From the NCBI RefSeq assembly GCF_036321535.1, contig NC_087472.1:100070001-100134000 (forward strand): a DNA stretch of 64,000 nt, written 5' to 3'. The stretch is from Camelus dromedarius (Eukaryota). Below are positions 41,274 through 54,529 of the stretch, piece by piece. The position numbers were made by a program, and so were the translations under genes. A model generated the notes under the pieces. That model was not told the origin of the DNA. It saw only the letters and a program-made list of their open reading frames with translations, and did no database searches. Every line of letters starts with the position of its first letter. Position 1 is the stretch's first letter.

Positions 41274-42273
41274 GTAGGTCCCTAGTGTCCTGTTGCCCCT
41301 TAAGAGGCTCAGTTGGGGGTGGGAGCAGAGTCAGGGCTTTATTTTGAAAATAAATGACAGTGACTTTTTCTGCAGATTTAGACGCGCTTCCTGTGACAAT
41401 TTTCTTAGAATTATATAGCCTTATTACACATTGTCTCCTGGGTCCAGGAAGTCTAGGGGAAGGGGGACATTAGCAAACGTGCCCCTAGTTGGATTTCTTA
41501 TTTGGAATTTATCTGAAACATCTTCTCTGTGGAAAAGTTCCCCCCAGTTTTCAGAGGCCTCATTGTAGTGACCGCCAGAGGGCATGGCCCCGGGGAGACC
41601 TCCTTGGCGCTTCCATCATACGGCCATCAGGACTCCAGGGACCATAGCTGTTCGCACTCAACACTTGCTCTTTATCTCTTTGCTTTTCCCTGGCAGCTAT
41701 GGCAGTCCTGCCAGGGCATCAGAGCTCTGTCCCCCTCTACCCCGCTCTGATCTAACTCAGCCATTACCGAATGGCAGAGAGGGTGGAGGAGTGGGAAATG
41801 GTAGACTTTCAGCTCTCAGCCAGTTGGGGCCCTTGGCGGTGACAGATCCGTGCTGCTCAAAGGATTGGTAACTGCTTGTCCTCATTTTGGGGGTGCTGAT
41901 AGATACCCCTTGTGCCCAACCACAGCTGCCTTCCAGCCCTGCCAGATGGTCCAGTGTGTCCGGACAGCCTGCTCCAGCCTCTGGCCAAGAAACTGGAATT
42001 GTTGTTGTATTGTTGCTTTTGACAAATGTGGAATACTGGTAGCCTGAGAATTCAGACATCCACCCTTTCCTAGTGCATCGTGTTGGTGCGCCTTTTCTTT
42101 AGGTTTATGTCATTTCTGACATGGCTATCAACTCTTCATTCACATGTCATTTCACTCATTTTACCTTTCAAATTGTCAAGTGGATTACTTTCTTTCAATC
42201 AACTTATCTTTCAGCTTTTCTCCAGCCAGCCGATTCATTGTGATTTTGTTCGGCTCTTGTTTTTCCTTCATAG

Positions 42274-42315
42274 ATGGAAGTGAATGACATCAAGAAAGCT
42301 CTTCAATCAAAATGA
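42274..42315 (+). CDS. SH3KBP1: SH3KBP1 terminal coding exon: MEVNDIKKALQSK*
   Basis: Acceptor tttttccttcatAG, TGA at 42313-42315. Matches the recalled CIN85 C-terminus. Confidence 0.97.
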   Translation: MEVNDIKKALQSK

Positions 42316-43009
42316 ATACTTGATAAATGAAATGTCGCATCATTCATCCTGAGTCCAAGACTCAAATTTTCCGCCCCAGCCAAAATAACCTTGTGCCAAA
42401 AGATTAAAGGTTTGCCCCAACACGTCCCTGTTTGAAAGATTAGCACAAAAGTCTTGATAGCACAACACAAATTCCATCCAAGAGGAGACTCTCTTCCCCA
42501 TGGTATAGTCCTGGGTCTGGCACTGGTTGTGACTTAGAGCAAATTGTGCTAAAGGCTTTTTTACTATGAGATCTCACACGTGAAATGAAAACTCAGGCAG
42601 TTTAGTCCATGGTGGTACTATTTTGATGATATTTTCCATGAATAAAATGTAATTTTAGATTATTCGTTTACAAGCTTTATAATTTTATCATTTTTTAATC
42701 GTGTTTTGTCACAGATTTCTCCCAGTGTTTGTATTACATACAGTCTGGAGCGAGCATCCCGTTCTTTTGCTTTAGGCGGAAAGCTGCCTGGCTTTGTGTC
42801 CCCCCCTAGGATTCTATTACATATGCAATTTTAGGTCCAACCTGTCCCTTCCCCTGCCAGCAAACCTCACCACCCTAAGATAAATTTTAGCTTATATATG
42901 ATGGTATATTTACAAAAACAGAAAGAGAAAATCTGGTATTTGTAATGATCTGTGCCTTCTTTTTACCACCCTCTTGATTGGAGCTTTTGTGATGCAGCTA
43001 CCATGATTT

Positions 43010-43012
<3 letters not shown>

Positions 43013-43046
<34 letters not shown>
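43013..43046. repeat. (AC)n microsatellite in the SH3KBP1 3' UTR
   Basis: About 17 uninterrupted AC units. Confidence 0.95.
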
Positions 43047-43048
<2 letters not shown>

Positions 43049-43298
43049 TTTTTAGCCACTTATCAAAGTCCACTAGAGGCCACTGTCTTCAAAGCTTCTC
43101 TTGCCTAACCAAAGGTCGTAAGAGGAGACAGCTGTGAAGTTGGGTGTGCTCTTTGGTACCAGCTGCGACTTTTCTCCTAGTTTTAAGTTCTTGAACTAGA
43201 AATGTCAGCCCTGCTTGATTTTTCATCAGCCAAGTTAAACCCCCGCTTCCTGTCCTTTGCACCTTTTGAGTGAACAGAATATGCATTATTAAAGCGAA

Positions 43299-43308
43299 AA
43301 TAAATAAA
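43299..43308 (+). terminator. Candidate polyadenylation signal (two overlapping AATAAA)
   Basis: AATAAATAAA followed ~40-80 nt later by GT/T-rich sequence (ttgtattattt...gtgtgtgctgctgtt). Confidence 0.55.
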
Positions 43309-46300
43309 AGTAAAATGCAAATGAAAACAAAGGGGGGGGGAGTTGTATTATTTCCTGCTCTGGGTTACCCGTGTGTGCTGCTGTTCAAACTGTACTCACA
43401 TAATGTCACTTGCCTTGCTCTCTTGTAACCCCTTCCTCAGGCCCAAGAGAAAGGGGGGAGGCTCTTGTTAAAGTGTAGCGGGTTGGATCGCTCTTATGGT
43501 ACTGCTTTTTCCCACCGACCTGAGGAAACTGGTATTTGCTTGTCTGCTTTATCTTTGTAGCAAATGAAGAGTTCAGCCTTAGACTATGTAACTGTTTTCT
43601 CATCCTTAGCTGAAAATAAGGGGCACATTCTGTATGGCAAGATTGTTTGGGGATTGGGGTGGGGGTGGGGGTGGTCCCTTAATGGCTCCTGAAGATGTTT
43701 TGATGTGTTTCTAAAAAGCTGCTTTGTCTATTTTCTGAGTTTTAGTGTGAAACTACTAAACATTAGTAGATTTGCACCACCACAAAGAATGAGAATTGAT
43801 AACACTGAAGGAGTGATGCAAAAAAAAAAAAAACAACCACCACCACCAAAAAACCACATGTTCTTGATCACCGAAAGTATTACAAACAAATGTCTCGTCC
43901 CCTCTCCCGCCCCCGCCTCCCTCTTACCTACATACTCAACCTTGTTGCTTGAGGCCGCTGCTTCCTCTAGAGTATTTACAGAACCTGGACACCCTGGTCT
44001 TCCAGGCAGGGTTCCAGAGTGGGAGCCCAGGTAAGGGGAGGGAGCGTGCAAAGAAAGAAGCCTGGCATCCTTCACCCTCATATCTGGACATACTGCCTTT
44101 TCAGCAGCCTTGCTCTCAGTGTGCTCAGGGCCAGGAGCACCAGGTTTTCAAGGGCAGCATAAAACATTCCTGTCCCTTTGACTATTCTAAGCATTTCTAC
44201 ATTAAACTTGAAGCCTTCAGAGATTTCCCACCACCTAATATAAGAATGAAGATTGGAATCTTTGACATTTGGATTTCTCGTTTACTCATCATGCAAATCC
44301 CTACTATAGTTTTATATAATGTGTATACAGAGTAGGATTGTTAATAATTAAAGTGAGAGGTTGGAGCGCCCTCGTGGGGCACTGGCGACCTGCAATATAG
44401 AGGGCTGTCGCCTTCTCCTCATAGAGCCATTGGCTTTCTTTGTATAAGGAGAGGGAGAAGCAGTTCTAGGAGGAGAAGGTGGCCTATCCAGCTTCATTAC
44501 TGCCCTATGGGCTAACCAGCAAGAGGATTCTACATCATGGAACTGGACGAGCCACTGCCCAAATAGTCACCATCTTTACTCTTTAGAAAATGGACCCGTC
44601 AAGAATTCTGAAAAGCTTGGAAGTATCACTTTTGAAAAAATTCTTTTGCATTCAGCATGGACTCGACCAGCATCTATGGAGATTATTTTTTTGCTTCATT
44701 TTCTAAAGTTGTATTTAGAAAAGTCTTAAGTATTGTGGTTTGTAAAGAAGATGATTAAAATGAAGTTTTGTGAAAATATTTTTGTTCAAAGTTGTCATGG
44801 TCAAAGAGGAATGATATCTTGGAATTCAAGTCATTTTTCTCCATTTTACACAGTTTCATTACCCTTAGAAAAATGTCTTCAGAAGGCGTGGAATATAGTG
44901 CCCCTCCATCTTTCCCGAGTAAAGAGAAATAATCCATTAAATTCTGTGGCTGTGAATTCCATTTCTAAGTTGTTCAATTTTACATTCATATTGAAGCAGA
45001 AAATTCTGGTTAGGTCTAAATTCTTTTTTAGTGTAAAAAATCATTAAATTATTATTCAAATAATTGTGTAAAGCCACTTTTATTCATACACAGCCATCTA
45101 GACAGCATACTTAAGTACCTGATTCGTTTCTCCTATAAAGACAGGCTATGTCTATCATCACGTTTGTGTCTTTGGTTACTAATAGTGGGGTTTTTATTTC
45201 CTTTCATAGCCAGTTTCTTGATGGGAAAACCACAGGGTGTATAATTTATTGCTTACAGTTGCCATTATCTGTACAAAAATAATCCCCAGGTCCCACGAAG
45301 GCCTTTGTATTGTAACCTGAGGTCATCATGGTCTCTTTTTTTGTATTAGATTAGGTTTTAGTTCTCTAGTTATTTTAGCACAAATTAATGTCAAGATGTT
45401 TTAGCACCAAGAGGATTTGGTAAAAAAAAAAAAAAAAAAAAAAAAGCTTTTCTCTTTGGTTTTGTACAAATGAAAACTATAACAAAACACTGCATGTGTG
45501 GGTGATAGGTGTTGAGCATGGCCGATGGCGGTGTCCAGCAGAGGGAAGGCTTAGTGCGTATGACCTAAGCCTGGGGAAGAAGATGCCGTCCCCAAAGTTG
45601 GCTCTAATGAGGAAACACACTGGCCAAGGCAGAGAAGACTCTTTCCTGGCCAGAGATAAATGTTTGTCCGTGGTGTAAGGACAGAGAGAGGGTCATGTCT
45701 CTCAAGGTGATGAACCTCTGATGTCACTCCTAGTTCTGTCCCCAGGGTCACCAAGGCTTGTTGTCCACCACGTGGAGCAGAAGGCAGCCCCTGAATCCAA
45801 GGAGAATCCATGAAGTAGATGCCGACTCCTGAGAGGTGGTTTTATTTCTTGCTGTTTTAAGTGACCCCAAATTGGAGTGGCTGTGGGGGAAGCCCCTTCC
45901 CATAAATGACAGTGTGTTCTAATCATACTTGTGAATTCAGAATTCATAGTAAAATGGGCTGTTTCATTTTTCTTGTTGAAACAACAGGTGGTAAAATACT
46001 TCAATCACACAATGGAACAAGGTAACCTGGTAGGTTGTGGCTAGGATTTTCTGAGGCAAAAATAGAAAGAGAAAAAACTGACTGAAAAAGAAGCGTTGAG
46101 TTCCCGGAGAACCAGCTTCATGGGGCAGCTCTCTTTAGATGACAACACGTTGAATTCAGTTATACAGATAATGTCAGTTAAGCTGTGAATGCTTCCCTTC
46201 TCTGTCACCCCTAGAGAATATAACTAATGCTCCAAGAAACAGATTTGTTAGCAAGCTTTGAGCTCATTGATGGGGAAGTGCCTGGGGAAAGCAAAACTTC

Positions 46301-48237
46301 ATTATCATTTGTTACTAATTTTTTTTTAAGAAAAAGCTTTAAAAGGTTTACAAACCAATTTTTAAACTAACCAAACTGATAAGGCTATCCTGAAGCCGAA
46401 CAGAAAAACCATAAAGAAAGGAAAACTGAGAAGACATCTGTCTTAGGAGAAGTGGAGTAGATTCTCTTCAAGCTTCATGAGTATTCCTTAGTTTGGGGGT
46501 GAATCTGAGAGCACCGGGAACGTGGCGTTTGCTGAAGGGAGGTCGATGCACAGAGACCCTTGTATGGAACACCCACCCGTCCCCTTGCCTTGGCCCCAGG
46601 AGGCTCTCGAGAAATGTCCTTTTTTGTCCGCACTAAGGGCAGTCTCCTTGGAGGAAGTGAATCTGGAATGAAGCAAGAGGGAGAAGTCTTAAAAGCACAC
46701 ATCTAGTGCTGAGTATCTGGCAGGGGGTGATGAGCAAGACAAAATGAGGAGGCAGAGCTGAGGGTGAGAACCATCAAGGTAATAGAGGATAGCACATGCT
46801 AAGGAGGGGCCTGTTCACAGGAATCCTACCAACGAATCTTCCAAGGTTTAGAGAACCAGAGTGATGACTGTAGACTCACATGTAAAACCCAGTCAGTCAC
46901 CTTGAGTATTTTTAACTAATTTACTTTATGAAGCTAATATTATACCCAAACTAGAAAATTAAAAGTATAAAGCAAAAAGCAGAAATTGTCCTGATTTAAT
47001 TCATGTACAGCTTTTCATCATTTTAGTGTCTCATAATGGAGGTTATTCTGTGTACATAGTTTTATAATCTACTCTTTATTCTTCGTATTATCATTATTTT
47101 GTCATTAATTTTTTAGAAACGTGACTTGTAATGGCTGTATAATACTCTGTCTATAGATATGCCGGAGAGTATTTAACCAATCTTTTCTTGAACATGGATT
47201 GAGTTGCTTACAATGTGCCGGACACCATGATAGGTGTTGAATGCAACATAGCCCCTGTCCTCAGGCAGCTCAAATCGGGGGAAATAGACAGGTAAGCAGG
47301 CAAGTCTTCTACAGCAAGAGAACATGACCACAGGGAAGAGTCCAGGGGCTTTGGAACTGCGGAGCCTTGAGGGTGTGGAGGTCAGGAAAAGAAGGGCATT
47401 TTTCGTTAATTCCATTTTTTTATGTTAGAAAGCTATGATGAGCATCTCTGGGCATAAATCTATGTCCACATTTCCAATTTATCCTTAAGACAGTTCCTAG
47501 AAGTGGAGTGTGAGTCTGAATTACCTGAGATTTTTAGCAAGAATAGTTTTTGCCTGATTATAAACATAGTTGATTTACCATTAGTATACAAAAGTGACTA
47601 ACCACCCATCCACCTCTAAAGTTGTATTTACCTAAACCTCCATGGGTGCCAAGTCTGGATCTTTTCCTTCTGGCTAGTCACTGCTCGATGTCACATCAGA
47701 GAGGCCATTGCTAACCTGCTGAATAAAACAGCAACTTTAGCCTTGATCCTCTTGCAAACCTTCATATTGATAGCCTGCTGCGTTCATACACACACACACT
47801 TACTTGTCTGTTTTCTGTCTCCTCTCCCTAGAATGAAGCCACCATGATGACAGTGACTTTATTTTCTTCACTGCTATGTCCCCAGCACCTAAAACATTGC
47901 CAGGTACATAGTAAGCACTTGATACATATTTGTTGACTGAATAGATGAGTGGGTCATTATGACTCATGCCAAATGGAATTTATTCTTTAAATACGAGCTG
48001 CCTAGTTTTACCTTTACCAAAACTCTAAGTGCAAAACTATAGCATTCAGGAGGATTCATGACATAAGAAAACAGTTACGAAGAAAGCCTTCAGAGGCACT
48101 TGTACTTGAGTCTCAGCCAACACCTGGACCTGAAGGAATGTGCTTACATCACCATGGATCTTAAAACAAGTTCACATGGTCTGTACACCTATCTAAGATT
48201 TCATCCTCTATTAGAAAACCATGGCTACCTCTGTTTT

Positions 48238-48573
48238 TTTTTTTATTTGAATTATTTCTTTTTTTAAATATATTTTTGTTGAAATAGTTTACAATGTTGT
48301 GTCAATTTCTGGTGTACAGCACAATACTTCAGTCGTATAGGAACATACATATATTCATTTTCATATTTTTAACCATAAGTTGCTACAAGATATTGAATAT
48401 AATTCCCTGTGCTATACAGTATAAATTGTTGCTTATCTATTTTATATATAGTAGTTAGTATCTGCAAATCTTGAACTCACAATTTATCCCTTCCCACCCA
48501 CTTCCCGCCTTGGTAACCATAAGTTTGTTTTCTATGTCTGTGAGTCTGTTTCTGTTTTATAAATAAGTTTGTC

Positions 48574-48607
<34 letters not shown>

Positions 48608-49192
48608 ACATGTAAGTGATATCATACGGTATTTTTCTTTCTCTTTCTGGCTTAATTTCACTTAGAATGACAGTCTCCAGGGGCATCCATGTTGCTGCAA
48701 ATGGCATTCTTTTATTACTTTTGTGGCTGAGTAGTATTCCATTGTATAAATATACCACCACTTCTTTATCCAGTCATCTGTTGATGGACATTTAGGTTGT
48801 TTCCATGTCTTGGCTATTGTGAATAGTGCTGCAATGAACATTGGGGTGCATGTATCTTTTTGAACTAAAGTTCCCTCTGGATATATGCCCAGGAGTGGGG
48901 TTGCTGGATCATATGGTAAGTCTATTTTTAGTTTTTTGAGCAATCTCCATACTGTTTTCCATAATGGCTGCACCAAACTGCATTCCCACCAGCAGTTTTC
49001 TCCACACTCTCTCCAGCATTTGTCATTTGGTGGACTTTTGAGTGATGGCCATTCTGACTGGTGTGAGGTGATACCTCATTGTAGTTTTGATTTGCATTTG
49101 TCTGATAATTAGCGATATTGTGCATTTTTTTTTCATGTGCCTATTGGTCATTTGTATGTCTTCATTGGAGAATTCCTTGTTTAGGTCTTCTG
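48238..49192 (-). mobile_element. 5'-truncated, relatively young LINE-1 (ORF2 C-terminus, 3' UTR, polyA)
   Basis: ORF 48662..48976 ([14 protein letters not shown]...CTPMFIAALFTIAKTWKQPKCPS) is the L1 ORF2 C-terminus. An 18-bp TSD with 2 mismatches lies at 48220-48237 and 49193-49210. Confidence 0.95.
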
Positions 49193-49449
49193 CATGGTGA
49201 CCTCTGTTTTAAGACATAAAGCATTATGTTTAAATTAGATTCACTCTAGAGAAAGAATGTATTCAAAGGTAAGCATATTCCTTGACACTTTACTCTTGAC
49301 ACTTCTCTGAAGTCAGCTGAGAACCTAATTGCTGCCCCTCAGGGCTGACCATTTGCCCTGAGAGTGATGAATAAGTAAGACCTGTAGATGAGCCCTGGGC
49401 CTCCAAGACACCCGATAGGGTTCTTGGGGTGTGATCCCTGAAAGAGTAT

Positions 49450-49604
49450 TAGTAGCATCACCAACCAGGAACTGGCAGCAATGAAACTTCTTGGGCCCTG
49501 CCCTAGGCCTACTGAATCAGAAACTCTTCAGAAGAACCCAGCAATCTGTGTTTTAACAAGTCCTCCTGGTGATGCTTATGCATGCTCAAGTTTGAGGACC
49601 ATTG
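49450..49604. mobile_element. MER5A-like hAT MITE
   Basis: 'cctactgaatcagaaactct...cagcaatctgtgttttaacaag...caagtttgaggaccattg'. Confidence 0.75.
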
Positions 49605-49679
49605 TCATGGGGGGGAGGGGTCATCTTACGCTCCATGAATTGTGTATAGAATAATCCATAGCAATCTTTTCCAGAAATC

Positions 49680-52600
49680 TCTAGTTAGACTTTGGCTGCA
49701 GCAAAACAAGATGGACTGTCCAAAAACTATGCCATGGTCTCTTAGGTTGCCCTATATGGAATTGACATTTGTAGGTCAAATATGGTTGAATAGGGCTTCC
49801 AGTTTCAGTTCAGAGATGGAGAGAGCTGCAAGATGTCCCTCCTGTGCTTACAACAAGAAAAAATCTGGACAGACTGGAAAGTCAAAGAGAACTGAGTTTT
49901 CAGAACAAACAGCCATTTCAAAATCTGGAGAGAGAGAGTCACTTTTTTTTTTTTTAAGACATAGGACTTGAGCATTTGATTACCAGGGACAGAAGCCACC
50001 ACGTACTATAGAAATGGATAAAGATATCAAACTAGAAATTTTAACAAATTTCTGGAGGCTTAGTATGGACTAGCTTGAGAGTATGGTGCTCCTGGAGGAA
50101 AGGGTCCACCTTTTTGCAGACATTTTGTCCAGGAACCACCCCCTGGCTCTTATGGGGGGATCAGGGAAAATCCAGAGAAAACTCATGGTGCACACTGGAG
50201 GCACTGGCTCAGGAATCACTAAGAATTCCACTCAGACCCTTCTCCCTTAAGGAACAAAAGGCTTATTCTGCAGGAACAGCACCTGGCCTGAGGGCACTGG
50301 TGAAATACCTTTGCAGCTGCAGGAATCAGTTCTACTCAGCCTTAGTCCCCATCTCACCTAAAAAATAAAGATTTAATCTTCAGGGAAAAGAGCCTCAAGG
50401 CTGTTGATTGAGAACACTGCTGGATACCCACAGCTTCTGGGGAAAGAGGTAGAGGGAGAGCTCTATACCTGGAGGAGAAGCAGAATCACTTGTGATGAAA
50501 CTGAGCCTTGTAGTATTAGAGACACCTCTCCACCATGCTCCACTAGCACACTAACAAGTCTCCAGGAATAACAACAGTGGATTACAGCAGGGAGAGCTGC
50601 AGGAGATAGACTGGGGAACAGCACAAAGGGGAGCCCCCCAACCAAGAGGGAGGGCCAAAAAAGATCACTAGAGGGATTCAGTGTCTCTGATGTCCATAGA
50701 GACAATAAACCTCAACACTACCACAGTATCTACTGCCTTATACAAAATGTCTGCCTTTCAACAAAAAATTTCAAGGCATGCCAAAAGGCAAGAAAATGCA
50801 ATCTGAAGAGACAGAGGAATCACCAGAATCAGACTTAGATATGGCACAGCTGTTGGAAGTATCAAAGAATGAATTTAGAATAATTATGATTACTATGTTA
50901 AAGGCACTAATGAAAAAAGTAGACAATATGCAAGATCAGATAGGTAATTTAAGCAGAGATAGAAACTATAAGAGAATCAAATGGCTGGAAATCAAAAACA
51001 GTAACAGAAATGAAGAATGTTTCTGATGGGCTCATCAGCAGACTTAAATACTTACATTTACTTGAATAAGTAGCAGGACTGATAAAAAGAGAAGGCACAA
51101 ATCACCAAGTCAAGAAGGAAATATCACTACAGACCCTGTATCAATTAAAAGGATAATAAGGGAATACTATGGACAAATTTATGATTATAAATTCAGTATA
51201 TTAGAAGAAATGGACCAATTTCTCAAAAACCACAAACTATCAAAACTCAACCAAAATAAAATGGAAAATCTTAACAGATTCCATAACTAATGCAAAAAAA
51301 ACCAAAACAAAACAAAAAAAAAAACTGAACTTGTAATTAAAAGGCCCCAAAAAAGAAATCTCCAGGTCAAAATGGTTTCCCTGAAGAACTCTACCAAATA
51401 TTTAAAGAAGTAAAAGCAATTTTACACAATCTCTTCTTTCTTCTTCAGAAACTAGAAGACAGAACACTTCCCAAATCATTTTTGGGGCTAGTATTACTCT
51501 GATACCAAATTAAGGCAAAAACAGTGCAAAAAAAAATGAAAACTGCAGGTCAGTATATCTCATGATCCTAGATGCAAAAAACCCTTAATAAAATATTAGC
51601 AGATAAAATTCAGCAATGTATGAAAAGAATTATGTACCACAACCAAGTGGGATTTATTCCAGGTATGCAAGTTCAGCATTCAAAAATCAACCCATGTAAT
51701 CTACCATATCAGTAGGCTAAAGAGGAATAAATCATGTGATCATATCAATTGATGCAGAAAAAGCATTTGAAAAAAAAATCCAATATCCATGCACAACAAA
51801 AACTCTCAGTGAACTAGAAATAGAAGGAAATCTCTTTAACTTGATAAATAGAATCTACAAAAAACTTAGCACTAACATCATACTTTGAGCAAAAAACTAA
51901 ATGCTTTCCTTCTAAGATCAGAACAAGGTAAGGACACCCACTCTCACTGTTCTTAGTCAATACAGAACTGCAAATTCTAGCCATAGAAATAAGGCAAGAA
52001 AAAAAAGGGATACAGGTTGGAAAAGAGAAGGAAAACTATCCCTATTTTCAAATTACATGATTGTCTATATAGAAAATCCCAAGGAGGGTAAAAAAAAAAA
52101 AAAAAAAAACAAAAAAAAAAACAAGAAACCCCTCCTGAACTAATATGTGGGCTCAGCAAGGTCATGTAATACAAAAGCAATGCACAAAAATAATTGCATT
52201 TCTACATGTAACAATGAACACGTGGAACCTGAAATTTAAAACACCGTGCCGTTTGCACTCACTCTAAAAAACTGTTACGTATACATGGGTATAAACTTCA
52301 TAATTATGTACAATATCTGGATGCTGAAAATTAGAAAATTCTAATGAAAGACACCAAAGAAGGTCTAAATAAATGAAAGGAATACCATGTTCATAGATTA
52401 GAAGATTCAACATAATAAAGATATTAATTCTTCCCAAATTAATCTATAGGTTTATGTAATTCCTATACAAATCCTAACAAGGTTTTTTGTAGACATAGAC
52501 AAATTTATTCTGAAATTTCTATGGCGAAACGCAGGCTCTAGTAAAACAATCCTGGAAATCTAGCTAAAACAATCCTGGAAAAGAAAAATAAAGGAGGACT

Positions 52601-53220
52601 CACTCTACCCAACAGTAAGGGTGACTGTATAGCCTGTTCAGTAGCCAAGACAGCGTGGTGTTGGTGGAGGGATAGATGCATAGGTAAGTGGAACAGAATA
52701 GAGAACCCAGAAATAGACCCACACAAATATGCCCAACTGATTTTTGAGAAAGGGGCAAAAGCAATTCAATGAAGGAAAGAGCCTTTTCATCAGATGGTGC
52801 TGGATCAATTGAACATCCAAAGGCAAAAACTGAACCTCTACCTAAACCTCACACCTTATACAAAAATTAACTCAGAGTAGACTTTAAATGTAAAATGCAA
52901 AACTATGACACTTTTAGGGGGAAAAAAACAAAACAGGAAATAATCTTTGAGCCCTAGGGCTAGGCAAAGAGTTCTTTAACTTGGAATCAACAGTATTATA
53001 CATAAATGGAAAATTTGATAAATTGAGCCTCATCACGATTAAAAATGTTTGCTCTGTCTTTGAAAGACCCTGCTAAGAGGATAAAAAGACAAGCTAGAGA
53101 CTGGGAGAAAAATATTTGCAAACCACGTATCTGACAAAGGTCTCCAGTCTAGAATATATGAGAACACTCAAAACTCAACAGTAAGAAACCAAACATTCCA
53201 ATTAGAAAATCAGCACAAAG
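49680..53220 (+). mobile_element. Old degraded LINE-1 (L1M-type): 5' region, ORF1 fragment, ORF2 RT region
   Basis: ORF1-like 50778..51026 (EFRIIMITMLKALMKKVDNMQDQIGN). ORF2 hallmarks include caagtgggatttattccaggtatgcaag, gatgcagaaaaagcatttga and ccagaaatagacccacacaaatat. Boundaries approximate. Confidence 0.85.
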
Positions 53221-53664
53221 GCTTCCAAAGGCTGTGCCAGTCATTGAAATAATCTCAGATCAACAGGCACATTAGGAAAATTACTACTATGCATTACAAG
53301 TTTACAAAGAAAAGGTGTCCTTTTATAGCATCATAGTTAAAAAAGAATCTTAGAAGTGTTGAAAATTTTCTCTAGCTTTCCTCTTTCCAGTTCTGATCGG
53401 TGTGTTTTACAGATTTCCGCAGAGCCTATTTTCCGTTCACTGGCCACAAAAGTCGGTGCACATTGATGTCACTGGTGAAATTGCTAATTTCTACCAGGAC
53501 AGGAATTAGGATTTCTCTAAAGCTTTATCCTGGCAGTTTCTGCTTTCTTTTGGGGGTGAGGTGGAGGGATGGACTATATTATTACTGAAACATGACGAGA
53601 AGCCAAAGTGTTGTTTTATAAGGTAAGTCCTACCTTGCTTGTGTCAAAATGGTTTGTGCTATGC

Positions 53665-54445
53665 TGCAAAGGACACCATCAAGAAAGTGAAGACAACCAA
53701 CAGAACGGGAGAAAATATTTACAAATCACATATCTGACAAGAGACTTGTATCCATAATATACAAAGAACTTTTGCAACTCAATAATAAAAAGACAAGTAC
53801 CCTATTTAAAAATGGGCAAGGGGTCAGAGTGGACTTTTTTCCAAAGAAGTTATGCAAATAGAGGATAAGGACATGATGCAATGCTCAACATCATTGGTCT
53901 TTAAGGGAAACGTAAATGAAAATCACAGTGAGGTACCACTTCACTCCCACTAGGATGGCTATAATCAAAAAGACAGTAACAAGCATTGGTGAGAGTGTGG
54001 AGAAATTAGAACACTTGTACATTGCTGGTGGGAATATAAAATGGTGGAGCCGCAGTGGAAAGCAGCTTTTCTGAAGCTTAAAGATAGAGTTGCCATATGA
54101 CCTTGAAATCCCATTCCTAGTTATATACCCCAAATAAATAAAAAAACCTTTGTCCACACTGTATGATTCCATCTATATGAAATGTCCAGAATAAGCAAAT
54201 ATATAGAGACAAAATGTAGATTGGTGGTTGCCCAAGGCTGAGGGGTGTTGAGGGAGATGGAGAGTGATGGCAAATGAGTACTGGGGGTTTTTTTTGGAGG
54301 GGGAGGGATGAAGATGTTCTAAAGCTGAGTATCGAGATGGCTGCTCAGCTCTGTGAATAAACTAAAAACTATTTAAATGGGTGAATTGGGTGGTTTGTGA
54401 ATTATATCTCAAAACTGTTATTTAAAATGAAAAAAAAAAAAAAAC
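53665..54445 (+). mobile_element. LINE-1 3' end (L1M-type) with A tail
   Basis: ORF2 3' motifs (cattgctggtgggaatataaaatgg, ccatatgacc) and L1M 3' UTR ending gaattatatctcaaaactgtt...A-run. Confidence 0.85.
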
Positions 54446-54529
54446 CCCACAAAAAAATGAAAACCTTGTGACAACGTCCAATGCATCCTATCTTTTAAAT
54501 ACAATTACTACCTGCAGTGGTAGTACTAT

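Larger units (their letters stand above)
42316..44780 (+). other. SH3KBP1: SH3KBP1 3' UTR (3' end approximate)
   Basis: Sequence after the stop is AT-rich and has no recognisable interspersed repeat. Candidate poly(A) signals: AATAAA 42641-42646, overlapping AATAAA pair 43299-43308, ATTAAA 44754-44759. Confidence 0.6.

Noticed and set aside
43070..43084. CTCF-like motifs (also ~35445-35460, ~44365-44380)
   Set aside because: Each mismatches a core position; unsupported without ChIP or conservation data.
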